NCBI GenBank assembly: GCA_036985755.1
Contig: BTQG01000002.1
Coordinates: forward strand, 2,277-66,276
DNA: 64,000 bases
Reading direction: 5' to 3'
DNA from: Acidimicrobiia bacterium
GTDB taxonomy: Bacteria; Actinomycetota; Acidimicrobiia; Spongiisociales; UBA5794
The position numbers and the translations under genes are program-made. Of the stretch, positions 1-9,947 are shown in pieces. Numbering within the stretch: the stretch's first letter is position 1; the number at the start of each line of letters is the position of its first letter. The notes under the pieces are model-generated. The model had not been told where the DNA came from. It did no database searches and was given only the letters and a program-made list of their open reading frames with translations.

Positions 1-3000
1 CCTGGCGGCGATGGTCGCCAGGTTCACCGTCGATTCGGCAATGCCAACCCGATAGTTGGCGGCCCGACACATGAGGTCGACACGCTCCAGTTCCACCTCG
101 GCTTCGTCCAGCTTGCCCTGGTCGAGCAAGACGAGCGCCCGGCTGCGACCGGCGGCGGCGGCACCGACCGTGTCACCGGCGAGGTCCCTGTGCCGTGCGT
201 TGCCTTGTTGGTACTCCAACGCTTCGTTCCAGAGCCCCTGGTCGTACGCCTCGCGGCCCAGGCTATCGAGGACCTCGGCCTGCATGAGGTGGTCATCGAC
301 CTTCTCGAAGGCCTTCAAAGCAAGTGCCAGATCTTTGGCCCCGGATCCCGGGTCGAGATGCGAGTCGGCGCTCCCCCGCAGAAAATAGGCGTGGGCCAGC
401 GTCGTCTGATCCCCGGCCTTCTTGGCCAGCGGTATCGCCCGCCCGGCACGTTCCACGGTCTCCCGATACCGAGCCTGTCGATACCGGACGCCGGCGTACG
501 CCACCTCGAGCTCGGCACGCGCACCGGGATGCGAGCGCGCCGACACAACGCCGAGGGCTCGAGTCAGCATGCGGAGCGACTGGGGAAATTGGCTCTGCTG
601 TTGACGGATGAGAGCTCGTTTGGCCAGCAAGCGCGCTGTGTCGACCTGGTGTTTCACCGACTCGCCGGCCTTCACATACGCCTTGTCCGCTTCTTCGAAG
701 CGTCCCGAAAGGCGATGTGCATCCCCGAGAAGCTCCGCGGCGTCGGCCAGATCCCGGACCGGGACGGAGCCGACATGGCGGGCCGAGCTGAGGGCCTGTT
801 CCAATAGCACGGATGCCTCGTCGGGAGCGCCCCGGGCGAAGGCCTGTTTGCCCGCCACATAGCCGTGGGCCCAGGCCTCATCGTGGGCACCGGCCCGGTG
901 AAAGTGCAATGACAGCAACGCCGGCTTCGCCGATCGGGCGGAGAGGGCATGCGCCACCCTCCGGTGAAGGTCGCGGCGGGCTGAGGGCGATAGCCCGTCG
1001 TAGGCAACCTCGTGCACTGCGGCGTGGCGGAACCTGAGCTGCCCGTCCCGATCCCGCTCGAGATGCTCATCGAGGCCCGCCCACTCCTGCGGCCCGACAA
1101 CCTCCGCAGCGAAGTCGGGAGAGAAGCGCCGGCCGAGCACCGAGACCTCGCGTAGCAGCCGTCGGTCTTCAGGAGCGAGACGATCGATTTGCATGACGAT
1201 CATTTCCTCGAGCGAGTCCGGAGCGGCTTCGGATGGTCGTGCTGCGGCCGCCAGCAGCTCCAGGAACAATGGGTTTCCCGCCGACCGCTCGATCAAGGCC
1301 GTAGTCAGATCGGGGGAGAGCGGGTTGTCGCGGCGGAGTTCGGTCAACAACGCCACGGCCGCGCCGGGCGTCAGCGGTTCCAGCTCGATCCGGGTCGCAT
1401 CGAGCTCGTCGTCGGGTTCCCACCCCGTGCCCCCGGGCCGACGCGTTGCCAGCACCAGCCATGGGAGCTCGGCACCACCGGCGAGCACGAAGGAGAGGAG
1501 CTTTGCGGAAGCTGGATCCATCCAATGGCTGTCTTGGATGCGGATGACGATGGGCTGGGGCGTGAGCCATACAGCGAGCTGAGCAACGGCCCAACGGGTG
1601 CGGTCGCCGCGGAAGGAACCGTCGAGCTGATCGACCTCGGGCGTGGTCTCCACCTCGACGTCGATGACATCGGCCAGCAGAGGGAGCCAGGGGTCGAGGT
1701 AGGGCGCAACATCATGGACCTGTGCCGCCAGCATCATCCCTGCCCGCCTCGGGTCTTCGCTGTCGCCGATCCCCATCGCGGCGCGGAGCAGTCGTGAGGC
1801 TGCGCCGTATGGGACCAACTGCCGATACCGCTCGCCACGGACGATGACGACCGGTCGATCGGTGTCGCCCAACGCCTCCGCAACCAGCCGGGACTTTCCG
1901 ACCCCGGCAGGGCCGACGATGTCGGCGAGGCCGCCGCTTCCTCCATCGAGCCGGCTCACCTGCTCGGCCAGATGCGTCCGCTGGCCCGACCTCCCGGTAA
2001 AACCTCCTCCTCCTCCTCCTCCTCCTCCTCCTCCTCGAACCGGAGTCAACTCGGCGCCGACCACCACGGGAACCACCTGCGCCTCGATTCCCTCGAAGGT
2101 CACGGGATCCCATTCGCTGGTGGCAAAGCGGGCCGCGGAACGATCCATGGTGCGGTGGGTCGCCATCACCTCACCCGGCGCCGCGGTGGCTGCCAGCCGG
2201 GCAGCCAGATCAACCGTGTCGCCCATCACGGTGTAGGTGCGCCGAGTCGACCCGCCGATGTCACCAGCAAGGACGTTCCCGGTGGCGACCCCGAAACGCA
2301 GCGCAAAGGGTGGCTGCCCTTCGGTGGCAGCCCTGGCGGCGAGAATCATCCTCTCCTCGCCGTCGTCGTCGGCGATTGGCACTCCTGTGGTCAGGAGGAA
2401 GCTGGCACCGTCCCGGCCAACGTTGGTTCCGAGCACGGTGGCGCCGTATCGGGTGGCGGCACGTTGCACCCCATCGACCAACTCGGCGATCCGATCAACG
2501 GCCCTTGCCGGATTTCGCTGTAGCGCATGGTCGACCCCGGAGAAGATCCCGAAAGCGACGGTCGCCGGTCGGTACGCCGGCCGGGACTCCTCCGAGCCGA
2601 TGACGCCGCGGATTGGATCAGCAAGAAAGGCGCTGACGGGCCAGGCCACCGGGCGACCATGCGTCTCGAGCGTGTTGTGGTCGACGGTTTCGAATCGAGT
2701 CTCACCGGAACCGGCGGTGGCTTGCAGCTCGACTGCCCTGCTGACGGTAGCGCCGACTGCGATCAGCTGTCTGGGCTCGTCGCCACAAGTGATCAGATGG
2801 ACTATCCCCGAGGCGATCCCTGCCGACATCGACAAGGCGCCAGCGGCCCCCGGGACCAGGGGTCGAGCCACCACCGCGTCCTGCATGGCGTGGGTGGCGT
2901 TGATGGCGCGCCCATGGCGACCCTCTCCGGTAAACAAGAGACACATGTGGTCCCCACCGAGGAAAAGCACATCTCCGCCCAGTCCCTCGGCGGTGGCGAT

Positions 3001-3192
3001 GAGATCTTCGAAGGCACCGTTGAGGGTGGTCGTAACCAGATCGTCGCCATCCTCGCCTTTCCCCGACAGCCGCTCAGTGAGAGCGGTGAGCCCGGCGATG
3101 CGGCACACCGCCACCGACCCGGCGACGATGCGGGCGCCGTCCCATGGTTCGTCGAGCAATCGCGGCACATACGGGGCGAAGGTGGCGCGCAT
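1..3192 (-). CDS. Signalling protein: two class III adenylate/guanylate cyclase domains + STAND/AAA ATPase + TPR repeats (C-terminus beyond window edge)
   Basis: My reverse-strand translation is one continuous frame from ATG (compl. 3190-3192) to position 1: MRATFAPYVPRLLDEPW...FALRFGVATGNVLAGDIGGSTRRTYTVMGDTVDLAARLAATAAPGEVMA (class III cyclase signature), a Gly11 linker, Walker A GPAGVGKSRL, then long helical TPR-like repeats. It is absent from the ORF track because it runs off the window. Plus-strand ORFs listed here are antisense artefacts. Confidence 0.85.
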   Translation of the reverse strand, partial: MRATFAPYVPRLLDEPWDGARIVAGSVAVCRIAGLTALTERLSGKGEDGDDLVTTTLNGAFEDLIATAEGLGGDVLFLGGDHMCLLFTGEGRHGRAINATHAMQDAVVARPLVPGAAGALSMSAGIASGIVHLITCGDEPRQLIAVGATVSRAVELQATAGSGETRFETVDHNTLETHGRPVAWPVSAFLADPIRGVIGSEESRPAYRPATVAFGIFSGVDHALQRNPARAVDRIAELVDGVQRAATRYGATVLGTNVGRDGASFLLTTGVPIADDDGEERMILAARAATEGQPPFALRFGVATGNVLAGDIGGSTRRTYTVMGDTVDLAARLAATAAPGEVMATHRTMDRSAARFATSEWDPVTFEGIEAQVVPVVVGAELTPVRGGGGGGGGGGGFTGRSGQRTHLAEQVSRLDGGSGGLADIVGPAGVGKSRLVAEALGDTDRPVVIVRGERYRQLVPYGAASRLLRAAMGIGDSEDPRRAGMMLAAQVHDVAPYLDPWLPLLADVIDVEVETTPEVDQLDGSFRGDRTRWAVAQLAVWLTPQPIVIRIQDSHWMDPASAKLLSFVLAGGAELPWLVLATRRPGGTGWEPDDELDATRIELEPLTPGAAVALLTELRRDNPLSPDLTTALIERSAGNPLFLELLAAAARPSEAAPDSLEEMIVMQIDRLAPEDRRLLREVSVLGRRFSPDFAAEVVGPQEWAGLDEHLERDRDGQLRFRHAAVHEVAYDGLSPSARRDLHRRVAHALSARSAKPALLSLHFHRAGAHDEAWAHGYVAGKQAFARGAPDEASVLLEQALSSARHVGSVPVRDLADAAELLGDAHRLSGRFEEADKAYVKAGESVKHQVDTARLLAKRALIRQQQSQFPQSLRMLTRALGVVSARSHPGARAELEVAYAGVRYRQARYRETVERAGRAIPLAKKAGDQTTLAHAYFLRGSADSHLDPGSGAKDLALALKAFEKVDDHLMQAEVLDSLGREAYDQGLWNEALEYQQGNARHRDLAGDTVGAAAAGRSRALVLLDQGKLDEAEVELERVDLMCRAANYRVGIAESTVNLATIAAR
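2003..2035. repeat. Perfect (CCT)11 / (GGA)11 trinucleotide microsatellite inside the cyclase-ATPase gene (encodes a poly-Gly linker)
   Basis: cctcctcctcctcctcctcctcctcctcctcct read directly; on the coding strand (GGA)10GGT = Gly11 between the cyclase and ATPase modules. Confidence 0.9.
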
Positions 3193-3261
3193 GGCAGAAG
3201 CGTATGCAGCTACCGGCGACACAACCGGGATTGTCTATGCGAGCTCGGAAGGAAGACGCGC

Positions 3262-3624
3262 CTACTCGCTCGCCCACCGTTTGGCCGCCTCGACGTCGGC
3301 GGTGGCATAGACCTTGATCTCGCCGGGGACCATCCAGCCGAGGAATTTGAGAGCGTCGTCGACCCAGTCCTTGTCGGTGACCAGGGCGATCTTCTCCCAG
3401 GCCCCCCAGTTTCCGATGCCGAGTTTGGTGTCCTCCCACATGGCGCCGCCGGTATAGCCATCGAACTGGTCTCCGAGCAGGTAGATCAGGCGGAGCTTGT
3501 CATTGCTGAGCAATGCTGCGTCGACGGCAGGGTCGAGGGTGGTCTTGTAGTCGCCGGCGTCGACCTCGCCGACGGCTTCGAAGCCGATCACGTTGTCCGG
3601 GAGGTTGTCCATCATCTTGATCAC
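3262..3624 (-). CDS. Small STAS/SpoIIAA-like (SEC14-type) domain protein
   Basis: 120-aa ORF MIKMMDNLPDNVIGFEAVGEVD...YTGGAMWEDTKLGIGNWGAWEKIALVTDKDWV. It has no Cys. It lies 39 nt downstream of the rSAM gene and 70 nt upstream of the cyclase gene on the same strand. Confidence 0.55.
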   Translation of the reverse strand: MIKMMDNLPDNVIGFEAVGEVDAGDYKTTLDPAVDAALLSNDKLRLIYLLGDQFDGYTGGAMWEDTKLGIGNWGAWEKIALVTDKDWVDDALKFLGWMVPGEIKVYATADVEAAKRWASE

Positions 3625-3663
3625 GGTGTTCTCCTCATGCGTGGGCGAGCAATCGACCCCTAA

Positions 3664-5151
3664 TCACGACCGTGCGGATCGAATCCGCCGACCCCGAGCA
3701 GCAGCCGCCTTCTTGCCCCGCTCGGTGACCGGTGGTCGGGGGACACCCTTGTGGTCGGGCAGGGCATGGCGTGGATCCCCCGCCTGCGTCCTGCCGTGAC
3801 AGCGCTTCACCTTCTCACCACTCCCGCAGGGGCAAGGGCCGTTGCGCCCTGCCGCCTTCAGCGCCGCATCGAAAGCGAGCTCGTCCCGAGTCAGCAGGGT
3901 CATCACCTCGTCCGCGGGGCGTCCCGCTCGCATCGCGGAGACCATCATCTGCATCGGCCGGTCGACGTGGTGGAAGAACTTCTTGAAGCCATCACACAGG
4001 TAGTTCAGGCCGGGTTCGCCGTCCGGGGTCTCGAGGAAGCGATTCTTCGGGCACTCGCCGTGGCAGGCGAAGCGGACGTCGCAGTCGCGGCAGTACTGGG
4101 GCAGCGTTGTCAGCTTGTCCTGACCGAAGGCGTACTGCTGCCGGCCGCTCACGATTTCCCTCATACTGGTGTCGGTGATGTTGCCGACGAGGAACTCAGG
4201 GTCGACAAAGTGGTCGCAGGAGTACAGATCTCCGTTGTGCTCGAGGGCGAGTCCGGTCCCGCAGGTCTCGTTGAACACGCACATCCCCGACGACAGTCCC
4301 ATCCAATTGCGCGCCGCCGCCTCGAAAGTCTGGACAAACACGCGCCCGACGTCGTTACGGACCCACTCGTCGAAGATCGTGATCAGGAAGTTGCCGAACT
4401 GCTCGGCTCCGACGGATCGATCCGAGGCGTAGGGGCCGCGCAGATGGGCGGGCTCGCCGTGCTCATCGACGCGCTCCACCACCGGGATGAATTGCATCCA
4501 GTCGGTGCCGACTTCGTCGCGCAGGAACCGGTACACCTCGGTGGGGTAGTCGCCGTTGATCGCGTTCACTGTGGTGAGCACGTTGTATTCCACACCGTGT
4601 TTCTGTAGGAGGCGGAGCCCGCGCATCACCTTGTCGAACGAGCCGTCGCCCCCCTTGTACACGCGATAGGCGTCATGCAGCTCGCGGGGCCCGTCGATGC
4701 TGATACCGATCAGAAAGTCGTGCTCCTTGTAGAACTCGCACCACTCGTCGTTGAGAAGGGTGCCGTTGGTCTGCATGGTGTTGAGGAACGTCATGCCCGG
4801 TTTTGCGTGCTGGTTCTGCAACTCGATGGAGCGCCGGTAGAAATCGACCCCCATCAGCGTCGGCTCGCCACCCTGCCAGGCGACGGTCACCTGCGGCACG
4901 TCGTGGGCCCCGATGAGCTGACGGATGTACTCGTCGAGCAGGTGGTCCGACATGTGGAAACGATCGCCCTCGTAGAGCAGTTCCTTGTCCAAGAAGAAGC
5001 AATAGGAGCAGGCGAGGTTGCAGATCGCCCCGGTCGGCTTGGCCAGGATATGGACCGCCGGGGGTGACCAGGCGGCCGCCGACGCCGCCGAGGCGGGACG
5101 TACGCTCGGAGCCGGCAATGGTGAGATTCTGGCCGCGGCGTCGTCCGGCAT
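3664..5151 (-). CDS. Radical SAM/SPASM enzyme of the anaerobic sulfatase-maturating enzyme (anSME) type with C-terminal SEC-C motif
   Basis: Carries the CNLACSYCF CxxxCxxC motif, then GGEPTL, MQTNGTLL, ISIDGP...HD..R and Cys-rich SPASM-type clusters (CDHFVDPEF...CRDCDVRFACHGECPKNRF). The C-terminus has CPCGSGEKVKRCHG (SEC-C). The true start may be internal to the 495-aa ORF. Confidence 0.8.
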   Translation of the reverse strand: MPDDAAARISPLPAPSVRPASAASAAAWSPPAVHILAKPTGAICNLACSYCFFLDKELLYEGDRFHMSDHLLDEYIRQLIGAHDVPQVTVAWQGGEPTLMGVDFYRRSIELQNQHAKPGMTFLNTMQTNGTLLNDEWCEFYKEHDFLIGISIDGPRELHDAYRVYKGGDGSFDKVMRGLRLLQKHGVEYNVLTTVNAINGDYPTEVYRFLRDEVGTDWMQFIPVVERVDEHGEPAHLRGPYASDRSVGAEQFGNFLITIFDEWVRNDVGRVFVQTFEAAARNWMGLSSGMCVFNETCGTGLALEHNGDLYSCDHFVDPEFLVGNITDTSMREIVSGRQQYAFGQDKLTTLPQYCRDCDVRFACHGECPKNRFLETPDGEPGLNYLCDGFKKFFHHVDRPMQMMVSAMRAGRPADEVMTLLTRDELAFDAALKAAGRNGPCPCGSGEKVKRCHGRTQAGDPRHALPDHKGVPRPPVTERGKKAAAARGRRIRSARS

Positions 5152-5276
5152 AGCGCTCCTTGGTTCTCCGTGCCAGAGGATATCGTCTGGCCCAGTCGCC
5201 TCGTGCCGTGGGCCAGCAGGGGGGGCTTCCGGACCCCCGAGCCCAGGGCTCGCAGGGGCGGCTACCGTTTTGGGGT

Positions 5277-5729
5277 ATGTACTCGTCGCCGACCACGGGG
5301 CTCGATCGTGACCTGCTGACCGGGCAGAGAGTCTGGTCGACCCTGATCGTGGCCGGATCCGTCCTGTTCATCGTGGGAATGGTCGTGCTGCCCTGGTTCA
5401 ACAAGGCGGCCATCTTTCGAACCGGCGCAGGGTTGACGTTCTTTCAGTGGTACCAACAGACCGAGTCGATGATCCCGTATTACGTCGCGATGGGTGCCTA
5501 TATCGCCGCCGCCTTCGTTGCCTTCACCAAGGCCTCGCGATGGTCGGCGTGGGCGGGCATCGTTCTTGCCGGCATCACGTTTGTCGTAACAAGCTGGAAG
5601 ATGAGCGCCATGTTGCTGGTCCCCACGCCACTCGAGCTCACCATCGGTGTCGGGTTCTACACCATGATCACAGGAGGCGCGCTGGTGCTCATCGGCAGCA
5701 TCCAGCGCCTGGTGCAGGCGTCGTCCTAG
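5277..5729 (+). CDS. Hypothetical integral membrane protein (about 4 TM)
   Basis: Hydrophobic ORF MYSSPTTGLDRDLLTGQRVWSTLIVAGSVLFIVGMVVLPW... I chose the internal ATG because the upstream 39 codons are Arg/Gly-rich. The 3' end overlaps the convergent peptidase gene by 4 nt. Confidence 0.5.
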   Translation: MYSSPTTGLDRDLLTGQRVWSTLIVAGSVLFIVGMVVLPWFNKAAIFRTGAGLTFFQWYQQTESMIPYYVAMGAYIAAAFVAFTKASRWSAWAGIVLAGITFVVTSWKMSAMLLVPTPLELTIGVGFYTMITGGALVLIGSIQRLVQASS

Positions 5730-6862
5730 ACCACGACCAGATCGGTGGGGTAGGCGTTGAGCTTTCGGCCTCCGTCGGCTTCGCATACGATGATGTCCTC
5801 GACCCGCACCCCGATCACATCTGCCCTGAACAGCGACGGCTCGATCGTGAAGGTCATTCCGGTTTCGAGAGCGGTCTCGTCCTCCTCAGAGATATAGGGC
5901 CGTTCGTGGACGTCGAGACCGATGTTGTGCCCGGTGCGGTGGCGAAAGAGGTCGCCGTGTCCGGCCTCCACGATGACCTCACGACACGCGTGATGAACGG
6001 CAGCTGCGGTGACGCCCGGCCGGACCGCGGCGATGCCCGCAGCTTGCGCCCTCATCACGACGTCGTATCCGGCGATGAAGTCGTCCGTCGGCTCGCCGAC
6101 GTGCACCGTTCGGCCGAAGTCGGAGCAATAGCCATCAACAACGGCGCCGAAATCGAAAGACACCGAGGCACCGGACACGATCGAATCCGACGTGAGGCGC
6201 CTGTCTGCGTCGCGATCGATGCCAACGCCGATGGTCCAGGCTCCTGTATCGAACGAAGGCAAGCGCGACCCGGCAAGCGCCATCTGGTGATCGATCTCTT
6301 CGGCCAGTTCGCGTTCGGTGACACCGGGTCGGATCCTCTTCGTCACCGCCGCCATCGCCGAGTCCGCAATGTGTGCCGCGCGCTCCATGAACACCAGTTC
6401 CTCAGGGGTTTTGATGCGGCGCTGCTGGTTGATGAGCGGCGATACGTTCCCCAGATCCGGATTGGAAAAAGCATCGAGCGCCTGGATCACCGCCTCGCCG
6501 GGGGTTCTGGCGCCGAGCCCGAGCTTGCGCACCGACCCGAACCGGCGGGCTGCACCGGCGAACAGGCGACTGCCGTCGTCGAGTTCCGACACGGTGACCA
6601 GGTCTCCCGGGACCCCTGAGGGCAGGTCGAACTCCACCATCATGCGGGGAAGGATGAACACGGGGTCGGTGTCGACGCCGATGAGCATGCCGGCAACCCA
6701 GTCGTGGGCGTACCCGATATCGCCGAACGTCGGCACCCTGCGTTCCAGACCGGTCAGATATTCCAGATCGGCCGAGAGCGGTATGAACGCAGCGTCGAAC
6801 TCGCTCGTCTCCATCGTGGCGCGGAACCGCCGACGCCGATCGGCGTAGTCAAAATCCGGCAT
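5726..6862 (-). CDS. M24 family Xaa-Pro aminopeptidase / prolidase
   Basis: 378 aa with the typical pita-bread metal-ligand pattern (DFG...D...HRTGHNIGLDVHE...E...E) and an N-terminal creatinase-like domain. Confidence 0.85.
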   Translation of the reverse strand: MPDFDYADRRRRFRATMETSEFDAAFIPLSADLEYLTGLERRVPTFGDIGYAHDWVAGMLIGVDTDPVFILPRMMVEFDLPSGVPGDLVTVSELDDGSRLFAGAARRFGSVRKLGLGARTPGEAVIQALDAFSNPDLGNVSPLINQQRRIKTPEELVFMERAAHIADSAMAAVTKRIRPGVTERELAEEIDHQMALAGSRLPSFDTGAWTIGVGIDRDADRRLTSDSIVSGASVSFDFGAVVDGYCSDFGRTVHVGEPTDDFIAGYDVVMRAQAAGIAAVRPGVTAAAVHHACREVIVEAGHGDLFRHRTGHNIGLDVHERPYISEEDETALETGMTFTIEPSLFRADVIGVRVEDIIVCEADGGRKLNAYPTDLVVV

Positions 6863-7037
6863 CTCAGGAATCTAGGAGGGTGGTGCATCGAGCGCACCGG
6901 CCCGAGCTGTCGATATTTCCAGCACCCCGGTCGGGTTGGTGCCCGCTGCAGATGCCAACGTCGACGGATCGCGCTAGTTTGTCGCCATACGAGCGCCATG
7001 GCGGCTCTCGTACAAGGCATTTTGAGGAGGCATTCGA

Positions 7038-8774
7038 ATGACCAAGAGATTCTTATTGGTTGTGTTTGCGTTCGCTCTCGTTGTGGCTGCCTGCACTTCG
7101 AGCGACGACACGACAACCACCACAGCCGGTGCTGCCAGCACCACGACGACAACCACGGAGGCACCAGCAGCAGCGACGACGACTACGGCCGCCGAGGCTG
7201 TTGCCGTATGTCCGAGTGAGGCCGGCGGCGGAACCGTGGTCATCGGGACCACCGACGCCATCGCCAGTCTGGATACGGCTGATGCGTACGCGGTGCGGGA
7301 CTGGGAGGTCCTGAAGAACTTCGGTGAACCGCTACTCAAGTGGGTTCCCGGTGCCGCCGACGAGCTGCAACTTGGCATCGCCGAGAGCATGCCCGTTGCC
7401 AGCGAGGATGGCCTCACCTGGACGGTCACGCTGCGCGACGGTCTGTTGTTTGGTGACGGCACCCCGGTCACCGCACAGATTGTTGCAAGCCAGTTGACGC
7501 GCCTGCTGACGATCTCAGAGACCGGGCCCAACCAGGTCGGCTTGACGCTGGGCAACCCGTACGTCGACAGCATCGAAGCTGTTGACGACCGGACGGTCCA
7601 GTTCAACCTCCCGGCACCGATTGCGTTCTTCCAGCAGCTGCTGGCGAGCGCCTCGTACATCCCGGCGAACCCGGCGATCTTCCCCGAGGGGGAGCTCAAC
7701 ATCTTCCCGGAACCGCCCCTGACGGGCACCGGGCCGTGGATCGTGACCGAGATCGTTCCCGAGGAATCGATGACGCTGGAGCCGAACCCCAACTACTACG
7801 GCGACCAGCCGAATTTGGACAGGGTGATCGTTCGCCAGTTCGCCGATCCGCAGTCGATGGCCCTTGCGGTCCAGAGCGGTGAGATCGACGTTGCCTGGCG
7901 GATTCTCGGAGCCGAGTTGGCCACCGAGCTCGGTGAGGTCGACGGTCTGAACTCCGTCGTCGTGCCGTCCGGTCCGATTCGCTACCTGATCATCAACCAC
8001 GTCCTCGAGCCCACCAACGACCCGAACGTGCGGAAGGCCATCGCCTCGGTGATCGATCGCGATGAGCTTTCCGACGTCATCTTCGGTGGAGCCGTCGATC
8101 CGCTGTTCTCGCAAGTGCCCCCGGGCTTCCTGGGAGCCAACGAGGCGTTCGAGGATCTGTATGGATCACCGGACCTCGATGCGGCACGGGCCTTCCTCGA
8201 GGCGTCCGGCTATTCCGAGGACAACAAGCTGCAGCTGCCCGTGTGGTATCCACCGGAGCACTACGGAGCGACGACGGCCGACGGCGTGCTGCTCATCGTC
8301 CAACAGCTCGAAGCAACCGGGATGATCGATGTCTCCGTCCAGGCACAGGAGTGGGGCACCTACGTCGGCGCCGCTACCAGCGGTGAGGACTATGCGGTCT
8401 CCGTGCTCGGCTGGTTCTTCGACTTCCCGGATCCGGAGAACTATCTCCAGCCGTTCATCGAGAACGGTGGTATCGGAACGATGGTCACCGCGAAGGAAGA
8501 CGGATCGATCACGCCCGGCGTGAGCCCTGAACTGCTCACCTTGCTGACCGCATCTCGTCTCGAGACCGACCTCGACGCGCGTGCCGCAATCCTCGACGAA
8601 TTGCAGAAGGTGTACGCCGATGAGGTGGTGACCGTTCCGTTGTGGATCGAGCCGGAATTCATCGTGTACCGAGACGGTATCTGCGGCGACGCAAGCCTGC
8701 CGAACCCGCAGACGCTCAACATCGGTGGCACGATGGAGTTCGTCTATTCGGTGCTGAACACCGACGGAAGCTAG
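7038..8774 (+). CDS. ABC transporter substrate-binding lipoprotein, family 5 (DppA/OppA-like)
   Basis: Signal peptide plus lipobox ([11 protein letters not shown]), a Thr-rich linker and 578 aa with a family-5 SBP signature. A GAGGAGG RBS precedes the ATG. It is the first gene of a 5-gene importer operon. Confidence 0.9.
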   Translation: MTKRFLLVVFAFALVVAACTSSDDTTTTTAGAASTTTTTTEAPAAATTTTAAEAVAVCPSEAGGGTVVIGTTDAIASLDTADAYAVRDWEVLKNFGEPLLKWVPGAADELQLGIAESMPVASEDGLTWTVTLRDGLLFGDGTPVTAQIVASQLTRLLTISETGPNQVGLTLGNPYVDSIEAVDDRTVQFNLPAPIAFFQQLLASASYIPANPAIFPEGELNIFPEPPLTGTGPWIVTEIVPEESMTLEPNPNYYGDQPNLDRVIVRQFADPQSMALAVQSGEIDVAWRILGAELATELGEVDGLNSVVVPSGPIRYLIINHVLEPTNDPNVRKAIASVIDRDELSDVIFGGAVDPLFSQVPPGFLGANEAFEDLYGSPDLDAARAFLEASGYSEDNKLQLPVWYPPEHYGATTADGVLLIVQQLEATGMIDVSVQAQEWGTYVGAATSGEDYAVSVLGWFFDFPDPENYLQPFIENGGIGTMVTAKEDGSITPGVSPELLTLLTASRLETDLDARAAILDELQKVYADEVVTVPLWIEPEFIVYRDGICGDASLPNPQTLNIGGTMEFVYSVLNTDGS

Positions 8775-8796
8775 GTCCGCACCGACATGTAGGTGA

Positions 8797-8826
8797 TTTT
8801 GGGGAGGGCTCCGGCCCTCCCCAAAA
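8797..8826 (+). terminator. Perfect 9-bp GC hairpin flanked by T4/A4 between SBP and permease genes (attenuator/terminator)
   Basis: ttttGGGGAGGGCtccgGCCCTCCCCaaaa lies 22 nt after the SBP stop codon. This arrangement is classic for over-expression of the binding protein relative to the permeases. Confidence 0.5.
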
Positions 8827-8855
8827 TTCCATGGACCGCCAACCGACAGGGCGTT

Positions 8856-9947
8856 ATGCATCCTTTGTTGCTGACCTTCTTGATCTTCGGCATTCCTGCC
8901 GTCATCGGGTTGGCGTACGTCTTCGTGCGCGGAAGCCCGGGTCTTCGCTCCTACATCGTCACCAGGATCGCGCTGACCATCCCGATGATCTTGATCCTGG
9001 CGACCGTCGTGTTCCTCGTGATGCGGATCATCCCCGGCGATCCGATCGATTCGGCGCTTGGACCAAAGGGCACTGCTGAGATCAAAGAGCGCTTTGCCGA
9101 GCAACACGGACTGAACGACCCCCTGGCCGTGCAGTACGGCAGATTCGTCGTAGACATCTTCACGCTGGATTTCGGCAACTCCCTCGTGCAGTCGCAGCGT
9201 CCGATCGTGGACGAACTGGGAGAACGGCTCCCGGCGACACTCGAAATGGTGATTCCTGCGACATTGCTCGCCCTCGGCCTTGGCATCTTCCTGGGGACAA
9301 GAGCGGGGGTGCGGCGCAAGAGCGCCACCGACTACGGATCGCGCATCTTCAGCGTCATGATCTACGCGATGCCGATCTTCTGGCTCGGTTTGCTCTTCCA
9401 GTTGATCTTCGGTGTCTGGTTGGGATGGACGCCCATCGCAGGCAGAATCGATCCCCAGATCCCGCTGGAGCGCACCACCAACCTGCTGGTCGTCGACGCG
9501 ATCATCACGGGAAACTGGGTCGCCCTCCGCAGCGTGCTCTCCCATCTCGTATTGCCCACACTCACTCTGGGACTCGTCCTGTCGGGGGTGTTCCTGCGTC
9601 TCACCCGCATCAACATCATCGAGACAGGCCAGGAGGACTACGTCGCCGCCGCCCGAGCACGCGGCATCGATCGTGGAACGATCACCCGCAAGTACTCACT
9701 GAAGAACGCAATGATCCCGGTGATCACGTTGATCGGCCTCCAGGTGGCGATCCTGCTCGCAGGAGCGGTGCTCACGGAAACCGTCTTCGCCTGGCCCGGG
9801 ATGGGGCGATACCTCATCCAGCGCATTCTGGCGCGTGACTTCATCGCAGTTCAGAGCGTGATCATCTTCTTCGCCCTCTTTGTTGCGGTCATCAGCCTGG
9901 CCGTCGACATCGTGTATTCGCTGCTGGACCCGCGGGTGCGTTACTGA
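8856..9947 (+). CDS. ABC transporter permease (DppB/OppB-like)
   Basis: MHPLLLTFLIFGIPAVIGLAYVF... with 6 TM segments and the EAA-like loop (TQEDYVAAARARGI). Start moved from 8793 to the ATG at 8856. Confidence 0.85.
   Translation: MHPLLLTFLIFGIPAVIGLAYVFVRGSPGLRSYIVTRIALTIPMILILATVVFLVMRIIPGDPIDSALGPKGTAEIKERFAEQHGLNDPLAVQYGRFVVDIFTLDFGNSLVQSQRPIVDELGERLPATLEMVIPATLLALGLGIFLGTRAGVRRKSATDYGSRIFSVMIYAMPIFWLGLLFQLIFGVWLGWTPIAGRIDPQIPLERTTNLLVVDAIITGNWVALRSVLSHLVLPTLTLGLVLSGVFLRLTRINIIETGQEDYVAAARARGIDRGTITRKYSLKNAMIPVITLIGLQVAILLAGAVLTETVFAWPGMGRYLIQRILARDFIAVQSVIIFFALFVAVISLAVDIVYSLLDPRVRY

Noticed and set aside
190-3663. Plus-strand track ORFs 190..807, 2237..3310, 2527..3663 and many short minus-strand ORFs in other frames
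   Set aside because: They overlap the continuous 1064-codon minus-strand cyclase-ATPase-TPR frame. High GC produces long antisense or out-of-frame ORFs, and none shows a recognisable motif.
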